From Patescibacteria group bacterium (GTDB lineage Bacteria > Patescibacteriota > Patescibacteriia > Patescibacteriales > UBA12465): a stretch of DNA of 64,000 bases. Positions 1 to 8,919 of the stretch are shown one piece after another (the stretch's first letter is position 1; every line of letters starts with the position of its first letter). The position numbers and the translations under genes are program-made. Location of the stretch: contig JBAZZR010000002.1 of assembly GCA_041658665.1 (NCBI GenBank), positions 243,437 to 307,436 on the forward strand. The letters run 5' to 3'. The notes beneath the pieces are model-generated. The model did not search any database, was not told the DNA's origin, and worked only from the letters and a program-made list of their open reading frames with translations.

Positions 1-488
1 TAGATATGTTTATTAATGGCAACCTCGCTATTATGTTCGGCTACTCATACAATTTACCGACCATTAAAGCGCGCGCGCCTAAATTAAATTTTTCAATAGC
101 AAAGTTACCGCAAATTGAAGGCAATCCTCCAACTAATATTAATTTCGCCAATTATTGGGTAGAAACCGTGGCTAAAAAAAGCCCTCATCAAAACGAGGCC
201 TGGGATTTTATCCAATTTATGACTAAACAAGAACAAGCTAAAAGCTACCTCCAGGTAACCAATTACCCTACGGCTTTAAGAGCGCTTATTACTTCAAATA
301 GTAATGACGAAACTAAAGTATTTACTGAGCAGGTTCTCACCGCTAAAAGTTGGTACCGAGGACGTAATGCTCAAGCGGCCGAAGAGGCTCTAAAAGAAAT
401 GATCGACACTATCGCTAAGAGTACGGCTGATCAAATTCAAAATATTATTAACATGACTGCAGCTAAAATTCAACAGACTATCGATTAA
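1..488 (+). CDS. C-terminal fragment (5' end outside window) of an extracellular solute-binding protein of an ABC transporter
   Basis: ORF runs in from the window edge. The C-terminal region has the composition and pattern of sugar-type SBP family proteins (YWVET...WDFIQFMT...YLQ). No start codon context is available. Confidence 0.45.
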   Translation, partial: DMFINGNLAIMFGYSYNLPTIKARAPKLNFSIAKLPQIEGNPPTNINFANYWVETVAKKSPHQNEAWDFIQFMTKQEQAKSYLQVTNYPTALRALITSNSNDETKVFTEQVLTAKSWYRGRNAQAAEEALKEMIDTIAKSTADQIQNIINMTAAKIQQTID

Positions 489-502
489 TCTCTTTAATAT
501 TT

Positions 503-919
503 ATGAACAAAAACTTACTAAAAATTACCAGCCGGCTACTAGGCCTAATATTCATTTTTAATATCTGCTTGATCTGGCCGGCCCAAGCGGCGACCGGAAC
601 CCCTGCTTCTATAATAGACCCCACGGCTTCGGCTTACCAATCAGGCAATTATCAACTTAATGATTTTACTCTTTTAGCGATCAGAATATCCCAAATGATT
701 TTAGGCATAGTTGGTTCTTTGGCTCTAGTGATGTTTGTTTACGGCGGTTTTATGTTTCTCATTTCTTCTGGCTCGTCAGAAAAAATAAAAACCGCTCAAA
801 ATATCCTAGTCGCAGCCGTCATCGGATTAATAATTGTTTTTGCTAGTTATTTAATTATCCAAACTGCCCTTAAGGCGATCGGGCTTTCCTGGGATGGTGG
901 TTTACTGAAAATTAAGTAA
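503..919 (+). CDS. VirB2/TrbC-like (T4SS-pilin-like) small secreted membrane protein, distant seventh paralog of the array at 6815-9345
   Basis: N-terminal signal peptide (LIWPAQAATG), variable ectodomain, then TM helix, short loop (SSGSSEKIKTAQ), second TM helix. Same architecture and loop position as the six tandem genes downstream, but with a divergent loop. Confidence 0.55.
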   Translation: MNKNLLKITSRLLGLIFIFNICLIWPAQAATGTPASIIDPTASAYQSGNYQLNDFTLLAIRISQMILGIVGSLALVMFVYGGFMFLISSGSSEKIKTAQNILVAAVIGLIIVFASYLIIQTALKAIGLSWDGGLLKIK

Positions 920-957
920 TCCCGAAATTATTCAACAAATAGTTAAATCCATAAAAA

Positions 958-1617
958 ATGCCAATTTTTATTCCTAAAAAACTGCCGCTCGAAGAGACTA
1001 TCGGCGAACAACTGAGGAGAGCCAGACAATATAAAAATTTAGGACTAGAAGAAATAGCCCAAAAACTAAATATCAGAAAAGAATATTTATCCGCCATGGA
1101 AGAAGAAAATTTTGATAAATTACCAAGCGGTTTATACGGACGAAAATTTTTAAAAAAATATATCAATTTTTTAAAAGTAGAGACGAAAGGAATAAATGAT
1201 CAACAAAAAACTGGTCACGCCCCCGCCAGCAACGACAATCCTTTTTCTCAAAAAATAGTCAAAAAAAATAGTTTTATAATATTTCCCCAAATAATTAAAA
1301 ATATCCTGATCGTCGGCGGCATCCTAATTTGTTTTTTATATCTCATATTTTATTTCCAAAAAATAGTCACGCCGCCAAAATTAATAATTTATCAACCGGA
1401 AAAAAATACTCTCACTAAAAATAAATCTATTTTAGTTAGCGGGCAAACCGAAGCGGAATCAGAAATAAAGATTAATAACCAAATTGTTTTAAGCGACCAA
1501 AATGGCTCTTTTTCTCAGACGGTTAATCTTAAAAAGGGGCTCAACACTATAATAATCAGCGCCCAAAAAAAATATAGCCAAGCCCAAATAATTACTAGAG
1601 AAATATTAGCTGAATAA
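958..1617 (+). CDS. RodZ-like membrane protein with N-terminal helix-turn-helix domain
   Basis: N-terminus GEQLRRARQYKNLGLEEIAQKLNIRKEYLSAMEEENFDKLPSGLYGRKFLKKYINFL matches the RodZ HTH_25 pattern. It is followed by one TM helix and a C-terminal beta-rich domain. Confidence 0.5.
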   Translation: MPIFIPKKLPLEETIGEQLRRARQYKNLGLEEIAQKLNIRKEYLSAMEEENFDKLPSGLYGRKFLKKYINFLKVETKGINDQQKTGHAPASNDNPFSQKIVKKNSFIIFPQIIKNILIVGGILICFLYLIFYFQKIVTPPKLIIYQPEKNTLTKNKSILVSGQTEAESEIKINNQIVLSDQNGSFSQTVNLKKGLNTIIISAQKKYSQAQIITREILAE

Positions 1618-1619
1618 AT

Positions 1620-2171
1620 ATGAATCGCATTAAAAGAACCGCCCTATTTGACATTGAAGCTATTTTGAGTAAAATAGGCGTAGAGGAGGGTCAAAAAGTT
1701 GCTGAGTTAGGCTGTGGAAATTTCGGCTTTTTCGTCTTTCCCTTAGCCCACCTAACCGGCCGCTACGGCAAGGTTTACGCTGTTGATATCTTAAAATCTA
1801 CGCTAGAAGAAATCGGCCGAGAGGCAAAAAAAGAGAACCTACCACAAATTACTCCGATTTGGAGCAATTTAGAAATATTTAAAGCCACTAAAATAGAAAC
1901 GAGTAGTTTAGATAGCGCTTTATTAGTCAATATTCTTCACCAATCAGACAAAAAAATAGAAATTCTTCGGGAAGCTATCCGCCTCTTAAAAAGAGGAGGG
2001 AAATTACTAATTATGGAATGGAAAAACAGTGACTTGCCTTTCGGCCCCAGTAAAGATAGACGCGTCAAACTTGAAGCACTAAAAACAGCCATTCCTAAAA
2101 TCGGCCTTAGCGTGCTAGAAGAATTCGAAGCCGGACCATACCATTACGGCTTAATCCTGATTAAGTTATAA
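1620..2171 (+). CDS. Class I SAM-dependent methyltransferase
   Basis: Motif I VAELGCGNFGF and a later acidic motif (YAVDIL), with a Rossmann-like layout. The substrate is unknown. Confidence 0.6.
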   Translation: MNRIKRTALFDIEAILSKIGVEEGQKVAELGCGNFGFFVFPLAHLTGRYGKVYAVDILKSTLEEIGREAKKENLPQITPIWSNLEIFKATKIETSSLDSALLVNILHQSDKKIEILREAIRLLKRGGKLLIMEWKNSDLPFGPSKDRRVKLEALKTAIPKIGLSVLEEFEAGPYHYGLILIKL

Positions 2172-2196
2172 TAAATAAATATTCAAAAGACACTAT

Positions 2197-2580
2197 ATGA
2201 AAATTTTTCTAACCTTAAACTATTGGTTTAATCTTCGTCCGGAACCGTTAACCCCTTTGGCCGAAAAAATCTTTGATTCCTCAATTATCGCTTTACTTCT
2301 AATAACCATAATTTTAGCCTTTACTAAACGACGCGGCGGATTATACCGGGGGACTTTAAATAGCTTTTATAATTTTAGCCTCACTAATACTCTTATCGGC
2401 TTATTCATCTTTTTTTCCAATTATGAGCTAATCCCCTTCTTCGCGGCTCGCTTCTGGTTCGCTATTTGGGCTCTTCTTATGTTAATTTGGTTAATCTTCA
2501 TCTTTAAAAAATTAAAAACCATCCCCCGAGCTAAACAACAAATAGAAAAAGAAAAAGAATTAAAAAAATACTTGCCTTAA
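2197..2580 (+). CDS. Hypothetical small integral membrane protein
   Basis: Three or four predicted hydrophobic helices and a Lys-rich C-terminus. Followed by an intrinsic terminator. Confidence 0.35.
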   Translation: MKIFLTLNYWFNLRPEPLTPLAEKIFDSSIIALLLITIILAFTKRRGGLYRGTLNSFYNFSLTNTLIGLFIFFSNYELIPFFAARFWFAIWALLMLIWLIFIFKKLKTIPRAKQQIEKEKELKKYLP

Positions 2581-2615
2581 AAAAATTCTAGTCTAAAATT
2601 ACTCTTAACCAAACA

Positions 2616-2638
2616 AAGCCTCGTCCGGGGCTTTTTTG
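2616..2638 (+). terminator. Rho-independent terminator (GCCUC/GGGGC stem plus U6)
   Basis: aagcctcgtccggggcttttttg seen directly. Lies downstream of the CDS at 2197-2580. Confidence 0.55.
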
Positions 2639-2643
2639 TCTTT

Positions 2644-3003
2644 ATGAATAACAAAAAACAAATTGGTCAACAAGGAGAATTACTAGCAGAAAAATATTTA
2701 AAACAACAAGGATACGAAATTATTGCTAAAAATTATCGTCTCGGTCGTTTAGAATTAGATATCATCAGTAAATATAAAAATAACTTGATATTCGTAGAAG
2801 TCAAAACTCGACAAAAAACCAGCGCCAGCCGGTTTGATAATAATCTCGGTCATCAACAAATAAATAATCTAAAACGAGCTTTAACAACTTTTTGTTTGAC
2901 GAAACACTATAACTTAGAAACCGCTCGGCTAGATCTTATTGTAATTATGATTGATCAGCCGACCGGAGTTTACACGCTTAAGCATTATCCCGACATTTTC
3001 TAA
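2644..3003 (+). CDS. YraN-family (UPF0102) putative endonuclease
   Basis: GQQGELLAEKYLKQQGYEIIAKNYR...ELDIIS...LIFVEVKTR is the characteristic UPF0102/YraN signature. Confidence 0.6.
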   Translation: MNNKKQIGQQGELLAEKYLKQQGYEIIAKNYRLGRLELDIISKYKNNLIFVEVKTRQKTSASRFDNNLGHQQINNLKRALTTFCLTKHYNLETARLDLIVIMIDQPTGVYTLKHYPDIF

Positions 3004-3733
3004 TTTTTTTAAGCCGCCGCCTAAAAGATAAGAGATTCTTTAAAAAAATTAGACTATCCCGAAACAATTTTACTTTACTCTGGCGGCGACCAAATCTATT
3101 TTCTTGCCAATTAACCGGGACTTCTTTAACCCGATAACCTAAAAATTGCGATAACACTACCAACTCGGTGTCAAAAAACCAATAATTATCTCGCAAAAAC
3201 GGCCGAATCTTCAAAAAAGTCTCCCGACGAATAGCTTTAAAACCGCATTGTAAATCAGTAATATCCTGATTAAGTATTATTCGCGATAAGAAGCTATAAG
3301 CCCGAGAAATTACTTCTCGGCCTAAAGATCTTTTAGTTTCTGCGCCTGACACAAAACGCGAACCGACTGCTAAATCTTGTTTATTCTTAATTAAAGGATC
3401 AACCAGACCAAAAATATTATCTAACGATACGGCTAAATCAGCGTCCATATAAACTAAAAGATCCGCCGGACTAGTCGACCAATATTGTTTTAACGCTCCC
3501 CCACGCCCCGGTTCTTTTATCTCCATAAAATCTAGCTCTTGTGGAAAACGTAACTTAAAATCGGTCAAAATTAATCGCGACGAATCCGTCGAGCCGTTAA
3601 GGACGCCAATTATTCGCCAAATAAAGGGAAAATTAGACTGGCGGCAATAAATCAATAATTTATCCAAACTATTTTTTAGAATAAGCTCCTCATTTTTTAT
3701 CGGCAAACAAAAATCAACTAACATATAACTCAA
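2978..3733 (-). CDS. Family 2 glycosyltransferase, Dpm1/polyprenol-phosphate-sugar synthase-like
   Basis: GT2 fold motifs including a DXD motif (YMDADL). Size and organisation resemble dolichol/polyprenol-phosphate mannosyltransferases. The short C-terminal basic tail is consistent with membrane association. Confidence 0.65.
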   Translation of the reverse strand: MSYMLVDFCLPIKNEELILKNSLDKLLIYCRQSNFPFIWRIIGVLNGSTDSSRLILTDFKLRFPQELDFMEIKEPGRGGALKQYWSTSPADLLVYMDADLAVSLDNIFGLVDPLIKNKQDLAVGSRFVSGAETKRSLGREVISRAYSFLSRIILNQDITDLQCGFKAIRRETFLKIRPFLRDNYWFFDTELVVLSQFLGYRVKEVPVNWQENRFGRRQSKVKLFRDSLIFLKNLLSFRRRLKKIRKCRDNA

Positions 3734-3742
3734 GCTAATCTC

Positions 3743-5134
3743 TTATTTCTTAAATAAAACAACGGCGCCATAAAAACTGGCCACTGGCTGATAATTTTGT
3801 TTAATATAATTATCAACCACATTATCCTGATTATAATGATACTTCTCTACCCCCCGATAATACAAGACCGCACAGTCGGGGTCATTCTTTCTAATTTCTT
3901 GGCTCGTTTGCAAAAATTGTTCAGCGGTATGGTGGTTCGTAATCAGCCAATGGAAAGACGAAGCCGATAACTTTCTGGTCTCTAAATAAATAAAGGGCAA
4001 AAACGGGCCAGCATAAATAAAACGACTATGACAATTACTTTTAAGAAAAGTAATAAAATCATCGGGTTGCTGTTCGCGCGAATAAACTAATGGGGCAATA
4101 ATATTATAAAAGTTTATTAGTAAAACAAAAGCTACCATAGTCGTCGTGAAACTAACCAGTAAACCGAGTCGATTAAGCGGCCACCAACTCGCTTTTTGCC
4201 AGCCTTCTAAAAATAAAAAAGAGAAGATTATCAAAAAGGGAGCGATAATAAAAGATATATGGTAATAGTCCGGCAGAGAATAAGTAGTTAATAGAAGGCC
4301 AGCTTGAATATAAAATAAAAAATTTAACACTAAAATATTCCGGCGGCTAGTCCTCAGCCAGCTAAATATTAATATGCCAAGAAGCGTCAACCAAATTAAA
4401 TAATTATTGTCTAAAGTTTTAGTATATTGAAAAAAGGGAAATTCAATAAGATATTTAAACAATAAAACAGGTGACCATTTAAAGAATAAAAGACTGACCG
4501 GCCCTGCCGCTAGAGGTAAAAACCAAATTAATACCGTTTTTAGCGTTCGGTCCTTAAAATAAAAAAATAAAAGCCAAAAAAATAAAAAGAAAGTTAGTGC
4601 CAAGCCAATCGTTTGCAGAAAAATAATGGCTATTCCCGACAAAAGAGCACTTAACAATATCCGCCACCGACTAGCCACTAAAAACCCCTTAATAAATAAA
4701 TAAATGGCGCCGAAAACAAAAAGTAAAACATAATTATGAGAGGTCATTATCGGCCAATAAATAGTCGAACAAACAAATAGACCGGCCGCCAAATAAGCGG
4801 CTCGGTTACTAAGCATTTGCGCTAACTTAAAAACTAAAATAGTCGATAAAAATAAAGACAAGATAGAAATTATCAAAACCGTTATATAACTAACCCCCCA
4901 TAATTGCCAAATTATCCAAATCATATAAAAAGTTCCGGGAGCCGTGAAAGCAAAAAAATCTTGATAAATCTCTTGACCGTTGAATAAGCCCCAAGCGCCG
5001 CTCAAAAATAATCCATTATCAGAATCGAAACGATTAGAAAAAAAATGCAAAATAACTAATAATAACAAAATCAATGACCAAAAAATTAAAAAAAATACGC
5101 GTTTATTTTTTAACATAAATAGTACTAACGTCAT
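3743..5134 (-). CDS. Large polytopic membrane protein, GT-C-like (PMT/ArnT-type) glycosyltransferase candidate
   Basis: About 11 predicted TM helices followed by a soluble domain of about 120 aa. It is adjacent to, and on the same strand as, the Dpm1-like GT2. The family assignment is inference from topology and context only. Confidence 0.35.
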   Translation of the reverse strand: MTLVLFMLKNKRVFFLIFWSLILLLLVILHFFSNRFDSDNGLFLSGAWGLFNGQEIYQDFFAFTAPGTFYMIWIIWQLWGVSYITVLIISILSLFLSTILVFKLAQMLSNRAAYLAAGLFVCSTIYWPIMTSHNYVLLFVFGAIYLFIKGFLVASRWRILLSALLSGIAIIFLQTIGLALTFFLFFWLLFFYFKDRTLKTVLIWFLPLAAGPVSLLFFKWSPVLLFKYLIEFPFFQYTKTLDNNYLIWLTLLGILIFSWLRTSRRNILVLNFLFYIQAGLLLTTYSLPDYYHISFIIAPFLIIFSFLFLEGWQKASWWPLNRLGLLVSFTTTMVAFVLLINFYNIIAPLVYSREQQPDDFITFLKSNCHSRFIYAGPFLPFIYLETRKLSASSFHWLITNHHTAEQFLQTSQEIRKNDPDCAVLYYRGVEKYHYNQDNVVDNYIKQNYQPVASFYGAVVLFKK

Positions 5135-6692
5135 CTTTAAATAGGGTTGACCAATCAGGGGACGACTCTAAATATTCCCTTAAATAATTACGGCTACGCA
5201 AGTCTTCTTCTTTAATCCCAAAAATTATTTTTTCCCAATTCTCGGCCTTGATCTCCTTATCTTTAGTGGGGATTAAAACTAAAGCGATCTGATAATTTTT
5301 TAGCTTAGCTCTGATATCAATCTCTTGCCTAAAAAAATCTAAATACTCTTCTAAATAGGTCTGCCCTGCTAACTCTACTTGGGGTAAACGGCCGTCAATA
5401 AATAATGAGCGGCGGGAGTCAACCCAAATAAAATAGCCCCCCCAAGCATAACTATTAAATAGCCGCTGCGAATAATAATCAGGCCGCGCCTGTAAAAACT
5501 TAACGGCCGAACAAGGATAATCGTTACAAAAAGATAAAAAAGGATCATTAGTAATTTTTGTTTGGAGCAACTGAGTCGTGGCCGCTAACAATAAGCAAGC
5601 GAACAGAAATAATTTTAACCAATAATTTAAGCGGGTTCTGACAAACGAACCCAATAAAACCCCATATACCTCCACCACGAAAGGAAAACTAGCGATAAAC
5701 ATTAAGGGAAAATGACGACGAGATTTAAAGCTTAAGACAATAAACAAAATAACTACAAATAAATTCCATAAATTAATTTTAAAATATTTCCGGCGCGCTA
5801 AGGCATAATATAAATATAACAACAAGGCTAAGGCGACTAAAGCTAAATAAAAGAGCTGACCGTAATAAAAAGGGAAGAAAAATTGAGAAAGCCATTCTTG
5901 AATATAGGACTGATAAGCGGTATTCCCATAACCCTTTAAAAAAGAATAAAGACCTAATTTATACGGAGTAAACCAAGTAACGACAAACGATAAAAAAAAT
6001 ATTCCTGTCGCGCTTAATAATTCTTTAGCTGATAAAACGCCGGCGGAATCCAGCCAGACTTTCGGCCAATATCGCCAAATTAGCGCCTCGATATTCTTAA
6101 TGAATAACCAAGCACCTAATAAAAATAACGCAATTAAAAAACTAGCATGTAAGCAAGCCCAAAGATAAATAAACCAGGGTAAAAATAATAAGATATATAA
6201 ACGCCTCTTTTGAGTATAACTCTGCAAAATAATAAGCAATAATAATAAAAATAACAAAGCTATTTCTTGTATCCTAACGCCTAAATGCGGTAAAGAAGCA
6301 ACGATGCCAAAAGTTTGAAAAACACTAATTAAAAAAAAGGTATTAGGAGCCCGTAACGAACCTACGAAAAAATTTAATATTATTAAAGTAAAAATTACTA
6401 ATAAGGCGAAAGCTATTGATAAAACAATATATCCGCTTTTTTCGTAAACTAAAAAAGTTAGAAAATTACTTAGCCATTCATGGTCGACCCAATCCCCAGT
6501 AAAACTATAATTAAAATTATTGTTCTGAGGTACGAGAGCGGTGCGAGCAATATCTTGACCGACTTTTAAGTGCCAGCCAAAATCTGGGTCTAAATAACCA
6601 AAAGAATTTCTTAGTAAAAGACAAAAAATAAAAAAATACAAGAAAAACCAAAAAATATAACGAAAATTGACAATCTTTAAAAATTTACCCAT
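5103..6692 (-). CDS. Large polytopic membrane protein (GT-C/Wzy-like) with C-terminal soluble domain
   Basis: More than 10 hydrophobic helices in the N-terminal 360 aa, then a hydrophilic domain of about 170 aa. Overlaps the downstream CDS by 32 nt on the same strand, suggesting an operon. Confidence 0.35.
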   Translation of the reverse strand: MGKFLKIVNFRYIFWFFLYFFIFCLLLRNSFGYLDPDFGWHLKVGQDIARTALVPQNNNFNYSFTGDWVDHEWLSNFLTFLVYEKSGYIVLSIAFALLVIFTLIILNFFVGSLRAPNTFFLISVFQTFGIVASLPHLGVRIQEIALLFLLLLLIILQSYTQKRRLYILLFLPWFIYLWACLHASFLIALFLLGAWLFIKNIEALIWRYWPKVWLDSAGVLSAKELLSATGIFFLSFVVTWFTPYKLGLYSFLKGYGNTAYQSYIQEWLSQFFFPFYYGQLFYLALVALALLLYLYYALARRKYFKINLWNLFVVILFIVLSFKSRRHFPLMFIASFPFVVEVYGVLLGSFVRTRLNYWLKLFLFACLLLAATTQLLQTKITNDPFLSFCNDYPCSAVKFLQARPDYYSQRLFNSYAWGGYFIWVDSRRSLFIDGRLPQVELAGQTYLEEYLDFFRQEIDIRAKLKNYQIALVLIPTKDKEIKAENWEKIIFGIKEEDLRSRNYLREYLESSPDWSTLFKDDVSTIYVKK

Positions 6693-6745
6693 AAAAATTA
6701 GCTAATAACAGCCAGATATAGATATTTTAGCATAGCTAAATATAT

Positions 6746-6774
6746 TTGTCTTGTTTAAATTAATATGCTAAAAT
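6746..6774 (+). promoter_or_regulatory. Candidate sigma70-type promoter for the pilin-like array (TTGTCT-17-TAAAAT)
   Basis: -35-like and -10-like hexamers with 17-nt spacing, seen directly. A strong SD (AAGGTGGTGA) follows 8 nt before the ATG at 6815. Confidence 0.4.
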
Positions 6775-6814
6775 TAAACTATAAAATTTTTTAAAACTAG
6801 AAAGGTGGTGAAAT

Positions 6815-7201
6815 ATGAAAAAAATCTCTAAGCATCTTATATCTTTAGCAATTATTTCTTTGCTCGCTCTTCCTTTATTAGTAGTGCCGGCTCACGCTGT
6901 AGAATTTGACCCAGGTTTAAACCAGGTCAGTAACGGCCTAGGCGGCTCTTTAACTAATAGTGATCCTCGAACAATTATCGGTAGAGTGATTAATGTCGCT
7001 CTTGGATTCTTGGGCGTGATTGCTGTTTGCATCATCTTATTAGGCGGTTTCAAATGGATGACAGCCGGAGGCAATGAAGAAAAGACTGGTGAAGCTAGAC
7101 AACTTTTAGGCGCTGGCGTTATCGGATTAGTTATTATAATGGCTTCTTGGGGCATCGCCAATTTTGTTATCAACTCTCTTAATTCAGCCGTAGCTAATTA
7201 A
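6815..7201 (+). CDS. VirB2/TrbC-like pilin-family protein, paralog 1 (strongest RBS in the array; candidate major subunit)
   Basis: Signal peptide (ALPLLVVPAHA), variable region, TM1, conserved loop WMTAGGNEEK, TM2. Preceded by a perfect SD. Confidence 0.65.
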   Translation: MKKISKHLISLAIISLLALPLLVVPAHAVEFDPGLNQVSNGLGGSLTNSDPRTIIGRVINVALGFLGVIAVCIILLGGFKWMTAGGNEEKTGEARQLLGAGVIGLVIIMASWGIANFVINSLNSAVAN

Positions 7202-7236
7202 GAATATAAAAAGTGATTCTCATTAAACAATGGGGA

Positions 7237-7276
7237 TCACTGTCCTGAATGCAAATTATTGTTTCCAGGACAGTGA
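7237..7276 (+). promoter_or_regulatory. Perfect 11-bp stem-loop (18-nt loop) between pilin paralogs 1 and 2, overlapping the SD region of paralog 2
   Basis: tcactgtcctg...caggacagtga seen directly, with no following U-run. Candidate mRNA processing/stability or translational attenuation element. Confidence 0.5.
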
Positions 7277-7284
7277 ATAACACT

Positions 7285-7671
7285 ATGAAAAAACCAATTT
7301 TTTTGCTATTGCTATTTATTTGGAGCGCGTTAATTTTTGGGACAATAACAGTGAGCGCCCAAACCGATCCTAGTTACGGTCTTAATGACACGGCCGGCAA
7401 AGTCGGCGCCTTTCAGGGTAGTTTAGGAAAAGACTATACTAATTTTTTAAGTACAAAAACCGGACAAATTATCGGAGTTATCTTATCTTTCGTCGGTGTC
7501 TTATTTTTAGGGTTAATGATTTATGCCGGTCTAATGTGGATGACTTCTAACGGCAATGAACAACTGGTTACTAAAGCGAAGGATCTCATAATTAACTCTG
7601 TTATCGGCATTATTATAGTCTTTGCGGCTTATGCCCTCACTTCATTCTTAGGACAAGAAGTTATTAAATAA
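7285..7671 (+). CDS. VirB2/TrbC-like pilin-family protein, paralog 2
   Basis: MKKPIFLLLLF... signal peptide (VSAQT), TM1, loop WMTSNGNEQ, TM2. The ORF track offers an upstream ATG at 7249, but 7285 gives the family-typical MKK signal peptide. Confidence 0.6.
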   Translation: MKKPIFLLLLFIWSALIFGTITVSAQTDPSYGLNDTAGKVGAFQGSLGKDYTNFLSTKTGQIIGVILSFVGVLFLGLMIYAGLMWMTSNGNEQLVTKAKDLIINSVIGIIIVFAAYALTSFLGQEVIK

Positions 7672-7674
7672 CCG

Positions 7675-8058
7675 ATGTTCAAACTAAAAAATAAAAATTA
7701 TATTATAGTTGGCGCGCTGCTTTTTATCTTAAGTAGTGCTAGCGTCTATGCGGCCGGATCTTATGATTTTATAGAAAAAAGCGGCTTAAAAAATACGGCC
7801 GATAACGCCGGATATGAAACCGCCGCCGCCACCACCATAAACGGAATAATGAGCCAGGTAATTTATGTTTTTTTAGGTTTAATAGCAATCGCCTTCTTCG
7901 GCCTACTCCTCTATGGCGGCTTGATGTGGATGACGGCTCGTGATAACGCAGAAAAGGTAAAAAAGGCTAATGGTATTATTATGAATGCCTTAATCGGATT
8001 TATTGTTACTCTATCAGCTTATGTAATCAGCTACTTTATTATTAAATATTTTAATTAA
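7675..8058 (+). CDS. VirB2/TrbC-like pilin-family protein, paralog 3
   Basis: Signal peptide (SVYAAGS), TM1, loop WMTARDNAEK, TM2. A 3-nt gap separates it from paralog 2. Confidence 0.6.
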   Translation: MFKLKNKNYIIVGALLFILSSASVYAAGSYDFIEKSGLKNTADNAGYETAAATTINGIMSQVIYVFLGLIAIAFFGLLLYGGLMWMTARDNAEKVKKANGIIMNALIGFIVTLSAYVISYFIIKYFN

Positions 8059-8118
8059 AAATAGGATCTTTTATCGCCAGTGGCCTAATATTTAAACCAA
8101 CTACCCATTAATATCGCT

Positions 8119-8511
8119 ATGAAAAAGACACTGCTCTCACTAATTATAATAACGTTCATATTTATATTATATCCCGCCTATTCTAGTAGAGCTAACCTAA
8201 TTACTCCTGACAAAAAACAAGATTTTACTAGCAATATCACTAATGCGGCTACCTCAAGTTATGATACTAACCGCGACTTAAACTCTACTTTAGCTAAAGT
8301 AATCCAATTAGTCCTGTCTGTTTTAGGCATGATATTCCTAGTTTTAATGTTCTTAGCCGGTAATGATTGGATGCAAGCGGCCGGCAATGAAGAAAAGGTA
8401 AAAAAATCTCAAGAAGTAATTCGTAATCTGCTAATCGGCCTAGTCATAGTCCTTGTGGCTTACGCTATGAGTTCCGGATTTAGCACAGTATTAAAAACTT
8501 TGGTAAAATAG
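8119..8511 (+). CDS. VirB2/TrbC-like pilin-family protein, paralog 4
   Basis: Signal peptide, Ser/Thr-rich variable region, TM1, loop WMQAAGNEEK, TM2. Confidence 0.6.
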   Translation: MKKTLLSLIIITFIFILYPAYSSRANLITPDKKQDFTSNITNAATSSYDTNRDLNSTLAKVIQLVLSVLGMIFLVLMFLAGNDWMQAAGNEEKVKKSQEVIRNLLIGLVIVLVAYAMSSGFSTVLKTLVK

Positions 8512-8518
8512 ACTATTT

Positions 8519-8914
8519 ATGAGAAAAAAAATCTTATCTCTATCATCTATCGCCGTCACTATAGGAAGCTTCTTGTTAACTTGGTCGGCTAAAGCAGCTG
8601 ATCCAAAATCCGATACTCTTTTAAACAGGCTTACTAACGTCGCTGGCCAGGGCGGTTACGAAACTAACCCCGCTATAGCTTCGACGCCAATAATCATTGG
8701 GACAGTAGTAGGCGCTTTTATAAACTTTTTAGGTATAACTTTTATTATCTTAATAATTATCGCCGGCTACCACTGGATGACAGCTAACGGCAGCGAAGAA
8801 AAAGTCGAAAAAGCTAAAGAGACTATTAAACAAGCCCTAATCGGCTTAGCCGTAGCCATTGCCGCCTGGGCGATGTGGCGGTTTATATTCGAAGCCTTAA
8901 TTTTGAAAAAATAA
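8519..8914 (+). CDS. VirB2/TrbC-like pilin-family protein, paralog 5
   Basis: Signal peptide (SAKAADP), TM1, loop WMTANGSEEK, TM2. Confidence 0.6.
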   Translation: MRKKILSLSSIAVTIGSFLLTWSAKAADPKSDTLLNRLTNVAGQGGYETNPAIASTPIIIGTVVGAFINFLGITFIILIIIAGYHWMTANGSEEKVEKAKETIKQALIGLAVAIAAWAMWRFIFEALILKK

Positions 8915-8919
8915 TACAT

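Noticed and set aside
912-1166. Minus-strand 84-aa ORF overlapping the RodZ-like gene
   Set aside because: It sits entirely inside a better-supported plus-strand CDS with recognisable HTH motifs, and it has no RBS or conserved features.
6892-7173. Minus-strand 93-aa ORF antisense to pilin paralog 1
   Set aside because: Antisense to a gene with a strong SD, a signal peptide and the family motif. Its Pro/Ala-rich translation is typical of antisense GC-rich codons.
7249-7284. Upstream ATG (MQIIVSRTVNNT…) as the start of pilin paralog 2
   Set aside because: The downstream ATG at 7285 gives the family-typical MKK-hydrophobic signal peptide. The upstream ATG lies in the loop of the 11-bp hairpin. 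It is kept as an alternative in the hairpin finding.
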